A stretch of DNA of 64,000 nucleotides from a virus. The notes beneath the pieces are model-generated. The model saw nothing but the letters and a program-made list of their open reading frames with translations. It was not told where the DNA came from and did not search any database. Location of the stretch: positions 1 to 64,000 of the IMG/VR virus record IMGVR_UViG_3300020576_003639; one strand, given 5' to 3'. This document shows positions 25,169 through 35,075 of this stretch, piece by piece (the stretch's first letter is position 1; every line of letters begins with the position of its first letter). The position numbers and the translations under genes are program-made.

Positions 25169-25196
25169 CCATCCTCCCCGACCACCACCCTAGTCT
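25169..25196 (+). repeat. 28-bp GC-rich direct repeat, copy B
   Basis: Identical to 24366-24393. Confidence 0.8.
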
Positions 25197-25457
25197 ACGC
25201 AGGTTCTCTCAACTAAAACTTTGCTATCCTTTCTCAAAACAACAGAGGTTCATTCTAAAGGAAACTTCCCTTCCGCAAAGGTAAGAGATCTGATGTTATA
25301 AAGTAAGCGGATACGACGGCGTGCGCAGCACAGAACAATGCAACTTGCCTACTTGTCCCCAAGTAGTACAGATCATAAGACGTAAAGTCTTATACAGGAA
25401 AGAGAAAGTTCTTAGCTATTAGTTTCTCGCTAAAGAAACTAATCATTAAATATAATA

Positions 25458-25708
25458 ATAAAAAAACACAAATCAAAAAACAACAAACACCAATATAAAA
25501 AAACAAAAAAACATTTACTTAGTTAATTAATATCAAAAATAACTTGGGACCATAACACTCTAGAGAGAGAACTATATTAATATCTCAGTGTGTATATAAT
25601 AATACTATACCCTATCTATCTATCTATATATATTATTTTTATTTTATTTTATTATTTTTTTAGTTTGTTTTTTGTGTTGTGTTGTTGTTTTGTGTGTTTA
25701 GTGGGGGG
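25458..25708. repeat. strand-asymmetric low-complexity block: A/C-only tract, (CTAT)n microsatellite, T/G-only tract ending in G7
   Basis: aaaaaaacacaaatcaaaaaacaacaaacacc ... ctatctatctatctat ... gtttgttttttgtgttgtgttgttgttttgtgtgtttagtgggggg. Confidence 0.7.
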
Positions 25709-25778
25709 TATATGTGGACCAGTGAGTGTATGATGTAGGTTAGTAGGCAAGTGGTCAACTATTTTTTGGACAATATAC

Positions 25779-26504
25779 CTAAATATACTTCCATTGATAT
25801 CATCAATGGAATTTCCTTTCTCACCTACAACACTTTCTAATAAGAGATCAAGTATATCAATCTCAAACATCATTAGCTCATTCATATATATTTATTAAAA
25901 TTCATTCTTTTGAAAATTTTCCAACACATTTTTTTGGATTATATATTTTTTTAAAATATTTATTTACATTTATTTCATTATCATGGGACCATATATATCA
26001 TCAAAATCTATGAGACTTATATAATCTAGCAAGAAATGATCTTTTTTTAAATAGATTTACAGTAATAACTTCATCAACCGATTTATACTTTTTAATAAAA
26101 TTTCATTCCAATGAATATTGAAATATTGGAGTACACTTTTTAAATGTAATAATACCACATCATCTTGCATGAATAGAATTTTCTTTGGCAGTACACCATT
26201 CTAAGGCCCACCAATAGTTAAATGTTTTAATAGCAGTAATATGATTCACTTGAGTATGAAAAGATTCTTTGAAAAGAAAAGCATTAGCTACAAGTTTATG
26301 TATTCTATATAGTGAATGCTTTCATTTATGCTTAAATGAAACTTGTAGATATCATTTTGGATGAATATGATTAGGTACAAATTTTAAAGTATACATATTC
26401 ATAACTCTACCAAAAGAACTTATCTGATATTTATCATCATAACCCGGAATATCTTTCCAGATCTCTATAGTAAAGAATTGAAATAGTAGAAAGTAGTAAT
26501 TCAT
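25779..26504 (-). CDS. HNH homing endonuclease (NUMOD4 + HNH_3)
   Basis: Minus frame ...IWKDIPGYDDKYQISSFGRV...GYLQVSFKHKGKHSLYRIHKLVANAFLF...VNHITAIKTFNYWWALEWCTAKEN... Nine TGA=Gly. Confidence 0.6.
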
Positions 26505-26812
26505 AATAACAAAAAAAAGACCATTCATCTGCGAGAACGAATAGGTCTTTAAATAAAGCAAGATTGCTCCCTCTCGCAGTTGGGAATAATCTTATGAACG
26601 AAGTATATTGATAAGTATTACATAGTCAATATGATAAGTAGGTCAAAAAAAATAATCGCTTTGGTATCAGTATACATGGGGCATAATGCTAAGTATTGGA
26701 TTATCCGAATGCTAAGTGTTCAAAAATAAAAAATAGGATAGCCACATATAGAGCGCCAATAAAAAACCCCCGGGATTGTTCCTGAGGGCTTTTCTTCTAT
26801 ACGAGAATGTTT

Positions 26813-27337
26813 TTACGGTTCGAGAACGATCACATTTATGGTTGCTGTATCACTCGCAGAGAGAGTCACAGTAAGAGTAGTAGAGGTAATAGATGCACTC
26901 TTTACGAATGCAGTACCAGTTACGGCAGATACATGATATCCGAGGATTTGAGATGCCGCGATTACTGTAGCTGTACCGGAAGTAGCAGCGGTAATAGTGA
27001 CAGTTTTAACTGAGTACTTGAGTTTACTCTTCGTAACTGCAGCTGCAGCGAGTTCGTTAGTACCAACACCACCAGTAGGGATATCAAATGCACCATCTTG
27101 GTTCGTATCTTTATTCTCATTTGGGAGAAGTACCCATGCAGAACCAGACCAACGATATTTACGACCAGTAAGTTTATCCTCACGGACATCATCGATGTAA
27201 CGACCTGTAGGAAAACCTGTAGAACTTGGAGTACCTGAACCATCTACGATCCATGCAGAACCAGTCCAACGATATTTGAGTGAATCAGCAGGATCAACTC
27301 GAGTTTCGCCAACTCTTCGACCATTAGGGAGAGCCAT
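26813..27337 (-). CDS. virion structural protein (tail-fiber or decoration-like) with no TGA codons
   Basis: MALPNGRRVGETRVDPADSLKYRWTGSAWIVDGSGT...KYRWSGSAWVLL... and a Thr/Ser/Ala/Val-rich beta tail. GC-richer codon usage and zero TGA. Confidence 0.5.
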   Translation of the reverse strand: MALPNGRRVGETRVDPADSLKYRWTGSAWIVDGSGTPSSTGFPTGRYIDDVREDKLTGRKYRWSGSAWVLLPNENKDTNQDGAFDIPTGGVGTNELAAAAVTKSKLKYSVKTVTITAATSGTATVIAASQILGYHVSAVTGTAFVKSASITSTTLTVTLSASDTATINVIVLEP

Positions 27338-27376
27338 ATAAAAAAAGAAAAGAAATAAAGGGACATAAATAGTATA

Positions 27377-27391
27377 TGGCAATAATTGCCA
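27377..27391. promoter_or_regulatory. inverted repeat TGGCAAT-a-ATTGCCA about 40 nt upstream of the structural gene start
   Basis: Perfect 7-bp arms. Operator-like. Confidence 0.3.
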
Positions 27392-27488
27392 ATAGCAAAT
27401 AAAAAATCCCTCGGCACGACTCGAGAGATAATTTGGATTAATTGTTTGGTTCGTATTGCATCAGCGTTTCGATCCACTTTCTTATCTC

Positions 27489-27830
27489 TCAATGAGATTG
27501 ATATGGCAGAGTCTCGTTGTAATCGGATAGAGTATACCCCATAGCATCGAGAGTATTCATAACATTATGCCATTCATTCCAATTCTCAAGAGTATACTCT
27601 TCTAATTGGTTAGATACATGTGGCAAAAGATCTGGAATATCTTTATATTGAATAAGCTTGAAGGAATGTCGGAAACTTTTTTGTCTTCCATTTACATGGA
27701 CTACAAATGAGAGTTGAAGATACGGAGTTCTGATTACTTCTTTAGAAGCATCAGTGAGCTTAGTCTCTTCGGAATAGGAGATCTCTCCTAGGATAGTCAT
27801 ATTATCTGACTGATGGGCGATTATCGACAT
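27489..27830 (-). CDS. hypothetical protein
   Basis: 113-aa ORF on the minus strand. Confidence 0.35.
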   Translation of the reverse strand: MSIIAHQSDNMTILGEISYSEETKLTDASKEVIRTPYLQLSFVVHVNGRQKSFRHSFKLIQYKDIPDLLPHVSNQLEEYTLENWNEWHNVMNTLDAMGYTLSDYNETLPYQSH

Positions 27831-28126
27831 ACTTTATAATAGAAAAAATAATAAAAGAATTTGTCGTGCAGAAATATTATATGAATTTTCAGATAATTAC
27901 AATCATTATTTGATTTTAATATTGATTCACATAATTCTGATCTCATTTACAAAAACGAGATAATATTTTCGAGTAATAAAAAGAACCCATCATGAGTATC
28001 TTTTTCATTCTATGCGAGATTTCCAATAAACCCGGGTAAAGATTCTGATGTCATCATCGGTAGGTAATCTTTTTACAAGTCTTATCATAATTGTAAATAG
28101 TAAGTAATGGCTTCCCAATGCGGAAG

Positions 28127-28702
28127 TTAATATTTCCAAATAAATAATCATGCAGTTTTCTGCCCTCATCTTGCACACCTAGAAATTCAAGATCAATGTA
28201 TTCATAAAAATTCTCATGCTTCATAAGCTGATCAGTATGTCTTGATTAGATTTCAATTTAAATCATATTGAGATACATTTTTTGATGTTGGATGATTTGA
28301 TCATTTTTTTCATTCCCAAAATTTTGGATGTTTAGTTTGAAATATATTATTAGCAACTCAATGCTTATATTGATCTAATACATTTGAACTTCTAGTACCA
28401 TATCTCAAGTTATCAGGATGATTATTTTTTGGATTACCATCATTATGACAAACTTCCATTCATTTAGGGCAAGGTCATTCTTTTATAAGCATAACTATTT
28501 GATGAATTCAAAATGATTTTGATAATCAATGTTTATATAATGCAGTTTGCATGTGTCATGATTTTCAAATTCATAATGACATTATTTTAACTTTTCAATT
28601 GTATAAACTTCTGATCTGATTAGTAGAAATTTTTATTTCATAAATCCAATCATATCATGGAATTTTTATCCAAGAATCAACATCTATTGTTTTTCGCTTC
28701 AT
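28127..28702 (-). CDS. HNH homing endonuclease (NUMOD4 + HNH_3)
   Basis: MKRKTIDVDSWIKIPGYDWIYEIKISTNQIRS...GHMQTALYKHG...IHQIVML...EVCHNDGNPKNNHPDNLRYGT...GISRCARGGQKTAGLFIWKY. About 17 TGA=Gly. Confidence 0.65.
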
Positions 28703-28810
28703 AACTATATATTATATTATATTATATATTACTAGTATAGTACTATAGTATTAATAAGCAAGTTTATTTAACGAGTCGATAGCGAAGAGATAGAAATATT
28801 TCCGATATAA

Positions 28811-29185
28811 CTATCGTCTAATGATTTTTTCTCAAGAGATAATTTCAACAACAAGTCACATCCAGTGCTCTTTTTCTTCTTCTATAAGAAATTCCCATTT
28901 TTTATATGCTTTATTTTGATTGAATAATATATAGATACTTTCTGCCATATCTTTGATCGATCGTCTTTTATCCGATTGGATAATTCGAACAAAATTTCTC
29001 GATCGAGATAATGCCTCTTGAGTTTCTTCAAGTTTTATCTTGAGTTCATTCGCAGCAGTATTTGCTACAAGAATTTCTTCATCCTTACGAATGATCGCAC
29101 CATCTTGGATTTGCATATGTCGTTCGTTCATACGAATGAAATCATCAAGTCATGTAATGATTTTTTTGAGTTTTGCTTTTTTCAT
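28811..29185 (-). CDS. coiled-coil hypothetical protein
   Basis: MKKAKLKKIITGLDDFIRMNERHMQIQDGAIIRKDEEILVANTAANELKIKLEETQEAL... Confidence 0.35.
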
Positions 29186-29354
29186 ATTATTGAGGGTTAG
29201 CTTTTTTATAAATTTTACGAACCAAGTTTAATCTTCGAAATGATCAACTCGGAAATGAATATCATTGATGAATATAGGTATAATCTTCAGCAAATCATTC
29301 AAGCTCGTTTGTTTTAGAGTATTCACTGAAGAAATTATCATTTGAGGATTTCTT

Positions 29355-29591
29355 TTAAAGATTTGTGTAGAGTTTTTTTTGAGTATCATTCATAAGTTCG
29401 AACCAAACATAGTGGCCAGTTTCATGAGTGAGAACATATTCCTTTCGTACAGGCTCAGTAACACAGTATTCGATAGCCTTACGCTCGTGATAGTACATTC
29501 CGTCATAATCTTTTCAGCAGGGAGAAGGAACTCCGGAGAAGTTCATTCATAGTGGAAGTAAGATAATGCTTACTATCGGTAAGATATTCAT
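29355..29591 (-). CDS. small secreted HExxH metallopeptidase-like protein
   Basis: N-terminal signal-like segment and LTHETGHYVWF. Confidence 0.3.
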
Positions 29592-29842
29592 ATAAAATCA
29601 TTAATAAGTATTCTTTAATTATAGTATTGAATAATTCTAAGAATGCAAATCTATTTATAAAAATCCCCTAAAGTAGAGGATTATTTATTTTATATCTGAT
29701 ACAAAGTGAATCGAAATCAGATCTTGTTAATGCACATTCGGTATTTTCTATCAAGCCTAAACCTGTCTGAATAAGATAAGGCCTCTTCCAGAGATCTCGA
29801 ATATCGAGAAATGTTTTCGGTATGATAAATCATGTGATGTTT

Positions 29843-30055
29843 TTAGAGCGTGGCACGAGGATAGTGGTTATATGCAGGTGGAATTGGATCAGGCTTTACG
29901 AGAGTATATATAACGACTCATCGAATGGTGGATCGCTTATACTTCTTTCAAGCCGTATCGGTAGATCCACTTGCATACCCACATGCCGAACAAATGTAAC
30001 ATGAACTATGTTCGTGCTTTTTCATCTTTGCTCAATGGCAATTTGAGATCTTCAT
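29843..30055 (-). CDS. small zinc-ribbon protein
   Basis: CYICSACGYASGSTD motif. Preferred over the + strand ORF 29822-30004 because of strand context. Confidence 0.3.
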
Positions 30056-30057
30056 AA

Positions 30058-30513
30058 TTATTCAGAGATAGTAGTAGGTCAAACTGCATTTTCTGATTGA
30101 GCATTTCCAGTAGGAACTTCAGGAGATTGAACATCACCAGAGTAAGGAACTGCTTCTGTTTGAGGTACAGCTTGCTTTACTTCAGGAGCTTCACAAGGTT
30201 CAGTGTTAACACTATATGTAGACTTGATCTTGAAGTATTTAGATACCTTCTTTTGGTACATACTCATTTCTTGAACGAGTCCATCCTTCTGCATAGTAGC
30301 ATGAGTTTGAAGCATATATCCGCGATCCATAGCCCATCCGTAAGATTGGTTGAATCCAGTTTTCTGCTCAACTCCATCTCCATCGACATAAGTCTTAGGA
30401 AGATCAAGGAAGGCAATCATGAATTGATTACATTCTTCAGCAAAGGAATCACCCATAGCGTTAGCGAATTGCTGCATCTGTTGTTCAACGAACTGATTGG
30501 TAAGATTATTCAT
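30058..30513 (-). CDS. hypothetical protein (151 aa)
   Basis: ORF track (-) extended through a terminal TGA. Confidence 0.4.
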
Positions 30514-30531
30514 AAGAATAGTGGTAAAAAA

Positions 30532-30813
30532 TTAGGAGTTTTTAATCAACGATCGGAATTTCACCGAGAATCTACACCAAACCTTTTTGTAAGGTTTAGC
30601 TTCCATGAGGATTCCAGTAGTAGGAACTACGACTGTACGCCCCATAGCTTCTTTTACTCAGAGAGTACATAGCTCGTAAATCGAGATATCAGATCCATTA
30701 AGAAGTTCTTTTTTGATTTTATCAAAAATCACATTGATAACATGTGTTGCTTCAACTTGAGTCATTCAAGTTTCTTTTGCAAGATGTTTTGCCAAGTCTC
30801 GATTCCTTATCAT
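30532..30813 (-). CDS. hup: HU/IHF-family DNA-binding protein
   Basis: ...LAKETGMTQVEATHVINVIFDKIKKELLNGSDISIYELCTLGVKEAMGRTVVVPTTGILMEAKPYKKVWCRFS matches the HU fold pattern. Confidence 0.6.
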
Positions 30814-30825
30814 ACTATAGGTGTT

Positions 30826-30852
30826 TAAAGTAATACTATGATAGTTACTTTA
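30826..30852. promoter_or_regulatory. inverted repeat TAAAGTAA-N11-TTACTTTA upstream of the HU gene
   Basis: Perfect 8-bp arms with a partly palindromic spacer. Confidence 0.3.
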
Positions 30853-30866
30853 GAAATAAATGCAAA

Positions 30867-31145
30867 TTAATCTTCGAATACAAACCAATCATTTGCAAGA
30901 ATATCCGTTTGTGAAATTGTCCATGGAACAACTTTATTATCTGTAGTCTTCATTGCTACATATGCTCCATAAGGAACCATATCACCAAAGTGCTTTCTAG
31001 CAGCATCAGTTTGTGCCTGATATGCTGAAGCATCTACAAGATATATGAACATGTTCTTTCCATTCCATCATGCACGAGCTAAACAGCGTCAAGCATTGAG
31101 ATAGTCCATAACTATTCCAATACCAAAATTATCTTTAGGTCCCAT
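30867..31145 (-). CDS. DUF2829-like small phage protein
   Basis: ...AGWNGKNMFIYLVDASAYQ...MKTTDNKVVPWTISQTDILANDWFVFED, a family pattern recalled for DUF2829. Confidence 0.4.
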
Positions 31146-31169
31146 AAAATAAAAAATAAAAAAATAAAA

Positions 31170-31442
31170 TTAATCTTTCCAAGTAATAGCTTTCACACAC
31201 CACATTTGTGATCCTTGAAGTTCAGTAATTGCTACAGAACATAGGCGTTTCACTTCTTGAGATTTTGTAGAAGATCGAAGATCATTCATCTCATCAATGA
31301 CAACAGCCATAATCTGCTTCACTTTATTAACTTCATCTGATCATCCAGGATTGAAGGTAAGGCCTACAGCCTTTTGTCCAAAACTAAGTTCAGGAACAGG
31401 AAGAGTAGATGGATCTGATTCAGGTACATCGTTAGGATTCAT
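31170..31442 (-). CDS. small conserved phage protein
   Basis: MNPNDVPESDPSTLPVPELSFGQKAVGLTFNPGGSDEVNKVKQIMAVVIDEMNDLRS...ITELQGSQMWCVKAITWKD. Confidence 0.35.
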
Positions 31443-31465
31443 ATAGAAAAATAAGGAAATAAAAA

Positions 31466-31540
31466 TGGAGCTACTAGAAAGACTTGAACTTTCACACCAA
31501 GATTTGCAGTCGAGTGCATTAACCTTTCTGCCATAGTAGC
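31466..31540 (-). tRNA. tRNA-like element with a GCA (Cys) anticodon and an imperfect anticodon stem
   Basis: Minus-strand 75 nt: perfect 7-bp acceptor stem gctacta/tagtagc, D-loop with GG, T-arm gaaag-ttcaagt-ctttc, discriminator U + CCA, anticodon loop ctGCAaa. Two mismatches in the anticodon stem. Confidence 0.4.
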
Positions 31541-31670
31541 ATAAGAGCCATTTAGCTCTTACAGAAGTGATTAACACTTCTTTGTTCCGCCTTTCTTTTT
31601 CATAGAAAAATAAAAGTTAGAATATCTCTAAAGAGATACGAAACCAGGAAGACCCTGATCTCGTTCCTAC

Positions 31671-32168
31671 CTAGAGAGTAGGAGTTTTCTTCTTTTCAAG
31701 AAGTCGTCTTGGTCGAATGAGTATGATTCATTCCGGTCCATACTTTCTGATGCGATATCCTTTGTAGGGAATGATCTCGAGTATTCGATACTTCTGACAC
31801 ATGTACATTACATCATCTCAGATGTCGTATCATTTGCGGACCCACTTCTTTTGTGATTCTTTTCAAGCTTTTGTTTTTCTATATGCAAGATTCTTCTCTC
31901 GAAGTTTCTTTGCAAGTTCAGGATCAGAGAGTCTACGCTCTTTTTCATGATCTCGTTTATGCTGAAGATACTTTTCACGATTGATGATTCTCCAATTTGT
32001 ATAGGCTATCTTATGCTTATGTGCATTATCTTTTCGATATTGTCTAGCATATGCGGCATCGCACTTCTTACATATTGATCTGTATCAATTCGTTCGATCA
32101 TTTCTTTTAGCAAACTCTTCGAGATCCTTTTCGGTATTACACCGACTACAGATCTTTATCGAGCTCAT
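31671..32168 (-). CDS. basic zinc-ribbon DNA-binding-like protein
   Basis: MSSIKICSRCNTEKDLEEFAK...CKKCDAAYARQYRKDNAHKHKIAYTNWRIINREKY... Lys/Arg-rich. The stop TAG lies inside a cctac-ctagaga-gtagg hairpin. Confidence 0.4.
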
Positions 32169-32581
32169 AGAATCTTAAGTAATGAAAGTACATCTTCTGA
32201 TTTGTGTCCATCCCACTCAGGAGCATTATCTATTTCTGAACATGCCATATTATCCCATTCAGATTCTGGAAGATGATATGTAAGAGTCATTCCTGGTGAA
32301 GTTCATATTCATGCGATGAACCATCAATCCCACATAGTTCAATCAAAATGTTTCTTAGATTTCCATGGAATCATATCAGTGACAAGACTATCGTTTCATT
32401 CACTTACTTCTTCAATAAGAAGCTTGAAATCATTCATCTTATTACAGAGAGTAACAAATAATACCACTCGATGATCATAGAGTTCTTTGAACGAATGATA
32501 TCAATCGGTGATTAATTCTTTCTGATCCTCGGGAAGTTCTGAAATCATTTTATTGATTTCTTCTACAGTAGGGTTTGCCAT
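32156..32581 (-). CDS. hypothetical protein (141 aa)
   Basis: Minus frame traced through nine TGA=Gly (MANPTVEEINKMISELPEDQKELITDGYHSFKELYDHRVVLF...). Confidence 0.4.
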
Positions 32582-32598
32582 AGTGTGAAATTAAAAGA

Positions 32599-32673
32599 TG
32601 GAGCGAAACGCGGGATTCGAACCCACGATGCCGGATTTGAAATCCAGAGTCTTAACCGCTAAACGAGTTTCGC
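32599..32673 (-). tRNA. tRNA-Gly with UCA anticodon (reads UGA)
   Basis: Minus-strand cloverleaf: acceptor gcgaaac/gtttcgc (G1:C72, C2:G71, G3:C70), discriminator U73 + CCA, T-arm gtggg-ttcgaat-cccgc, anticodon stem ctgga/tccgg with loop ttTCAaa. The Gly identity elements point to Gly and not to Trp or Sec. Confidence 0.75.
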
Positions 32674-32834
32674 GAGCTATTGGTTCTAGCTAGAGCCAAT
32701 AAGAAGTATCATTTTGTGGTGGCCATAAATGATAAAAACCTCTAATGTTTATCCAAATCAATTCGCTCGAAGCGCTAGAGATCGTTTAGCATATTAGTAT
32801 GCGTTTATGGAGATCCTTTAAGCTAGGATCGTAT

Positions 32835-32910
32835 ATGGTTCGGGAGGTAGGATTCGAACCTACGATCTTTGGATTATGAGACCAATGAGTTGACCACTTC
32901 TCTACTCCCG
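32835..32910 (-). tRNA. tRNA-Met (CAU), initiator-like C1xA72
   Basis: 76 nt: acceptor ccgggag/ctcccga with a C1:A72 mismatch, T-arm gtagg-ttcgaat-cctac, anticodon loop ctCATaa, CCA end. An Ile-lysidine (CAU) identity cannot be excluded. Confidence 0.65.
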
Positions 32911-33077
32911 GAAATAATTATAGTATTTTTATTTTTCACTTAAATCTTTTTTTAACTCAGTTGTCACTTATTCAAAAATGAATTCATGCAGATCATACTG
33001 AATCTTTTCATACGGGGAAATCTAGTATATATGGATTATATTTTATTGATTCTGTTGGTAGTGAGAAAATCATATGA

Positions 33078-33440
33078 TTATAAATTTAGTAAAGTGATAG
33101 TAATATCTTTGTAGATTTGTTTTCTAACTTCATGATATCTTTTCCAGCTTCATATTCAAGGTAGATTTATAAAGTTTTCTTCGGATTCAATGTATTTTAG
33201 TAAAATCTCTCTTATTTGTTTTTTAGATATAAGTTCCTCTTCTTCCATTCAAGTTAAATAATACTTTGTTCATTTTCTCTCTAACATTCAAAGCTCTATA
33301 AGTTCTGCATAGATTAGTGAGATTGAACGAGTAGATTTATATCAGATATATTTTTGAAGTTCTCTAATAGAAGGCATTCTATCAAATTCTGATACAAACT
33401 CTTTTAGTTTAGAGTATAGATATTGTGTATTGAATTTCAT
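33078..33440 (-). CDS. winged-helix transcriptional regulator (LexA-N-terminal-like wHTH; candidate repressor)
   Basis: ...MPSIRELQKYIGYKSTRSISLIYAELIELGMLERKGTKYYLTG. Divergent from the replication module. Confidence 0.45.
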
Positions 33441-34221
33441 AATTATAAAGTGTAAGTAACCTGACTTTCAGATTTACTCATGTCAGTAGTATACAGATCT
33501 GTAAATAATTCTATTTTCTTTGCCATACTAAAAGTTGTGTTTACTCAGTTACATTTAATATTAGTTTCTTTAATCTTTTTATGTAGGTCATCGGATATCA
33601 ATACTGTTTTAATTTACCATATCAATCAGCATCAGTATGTCATTGATATTCAATACATCAAGATTTCGATATAAATGTTTTTTCTAAGATTCTATCTATC
33701 ATGAAAATATATTGAAAGAAATAAGCTGCTTCATCGTATAACCGACAAGATAGAAGCAAGGTTTAGGTTTTGACCGAATGGACATACATCCGAGCTTTAG
33801 GCTCAGAAACCTTTTTGACAAGAAGGCAACCCAAACTTGTTCTCGGGGAAGATCGATGAGTGAAAAGTTCATTTAATCTTTTATCTCGGTTTCCTTTTGA
33901 ATGCTTATTGGCTATTCCATTATATACATATTCTAAAGAAAGCAAATAATTTATTAACTTTATTCTATAATTAAGGAATACTTATAGATAAGAAATTTTA
34001 TCAAAGACAAAATCGAGACAAAAGATTTGACTTCAAATAAAAAAAGAATACATTCTCTTCCGTGGTGACTTGTCGTTGCCCTCATGTATTTGCCTAAGAC
34101 CCAGGTACATGAGGTGTAACTCCTAAAAACTTTTACACCACACACTAACTCCAATCATGGCGGTCTTACACTCTCACGAGTGGCTGTGGTTGGAGTTTTT
34201 TATTTACTTAAAATTTCCAAT

Positions 34222-35055
34222 ATGCTCGATCAAGGTTACGGCATTATGCCAAATTCCATTCTTTTTAATAAAGAACTTTCAGATAAAGAAAAATTACTCT
34301 ATTGTCTGATATCGAGTTTATGTGCAAGTGAATGACATTCATGGGCCACGAATCAATATCTTTGAGAAAAGCTATGATTACATAAAGATAATATTTGAAA
34401 GTATCTATCTAAGATGGCAAAATCATGAATTATATTTCTACAAGATATTAATAATACAAGATATATCACAATATGTAAGATAGACGAAAACGCCTGGGGG
34501 GGTAGGTGAATTCACCTAGGGGGGGTAGACGAAAACACCTACCCTATATATAGGATGAATAGTATAAGTGAAGAAGATAAAGGAAAAGAAGAAACTTCTC
34601 ACATAGAAGAAAAGAATTCAACAGAGAAGTCTACAAAAAAGCTTTCTTCTTCTATACGAAAAGGTTCCAAACCTATCAGAGAAATTATTGTTCCGCCGGA
34701 AAAGCGATACATTGATGAAGTTCTCTGACAGAAACGATGAGTAGATAAGCTTTATGAGATACTTACTCTTCCTACGATGAAAGATTACGATGTTCTTGCA
34801 CTCGATGATAAAGAAGATCCACGATCATTCACGAAGATTATTTCTCTATACGAATGGCTTCTTGCATTCTTCCAGGAGAAATACGATGGAAAAATCTATA
34901 AAGACGATAATGGAAAAATGGTAGGATCAGGAATCATACTCAATGAACTCGATAAATTCATTGCATATTATTCCGAAAAAAAGGATGAAGACATTCTCGA
35001 TATCAAGGCAAGACTTCGAAAATGGGTTACAAATTCTCTCAAGTATGCGCTTTAA
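34222..35055 (+). CDS. phage replisome organizer / DnaD-like replication initiator (N-terminal wHTH)
   Basis: MLDQGYGIMPNSILFNKELSDKEKLLYCLISSLCASEGHSWATNQYLGEKLGLHKDNIGKYLSKMAKSGII matches the organizer N-domain pattern. Frame traced without a stop from 34222 through the G7 palindrome into the ORF starting at 34558. Confidence 0.55.
34481..34544. promoter_or_regulatory. ori-like element: direct iterons TAGACGAAAAC x2 flanking a palindrome cctGGGGGGGTAGGTGAATTCACCTAGGGGGGGtag, inside the replisome-organizer gene
   Basis: Repeats and palindrome read directly from the sequence. Confidence 0.5.
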
Positions 35056-35075
35056 TTCTCATTAACTTATAACCT

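Noticed and set aside
24366-25196. CRISPR array or tRNA-derived att sites as the explanation for the 28-bp direct repeats
   Set aside because: There are only two copies, 776 bp apart, with no regular spacers and no cas genes. The repeat does not resemble a tRNA 3' end, and no integrase is nearby.
29822-30004. Plus-strand ORF 29822-30004
   Set aside because: It lies inside a uniformly minus-strand block and overlaps a minus-strand zinc-ribbon ORF with a better start context. Kept only as an alternative.
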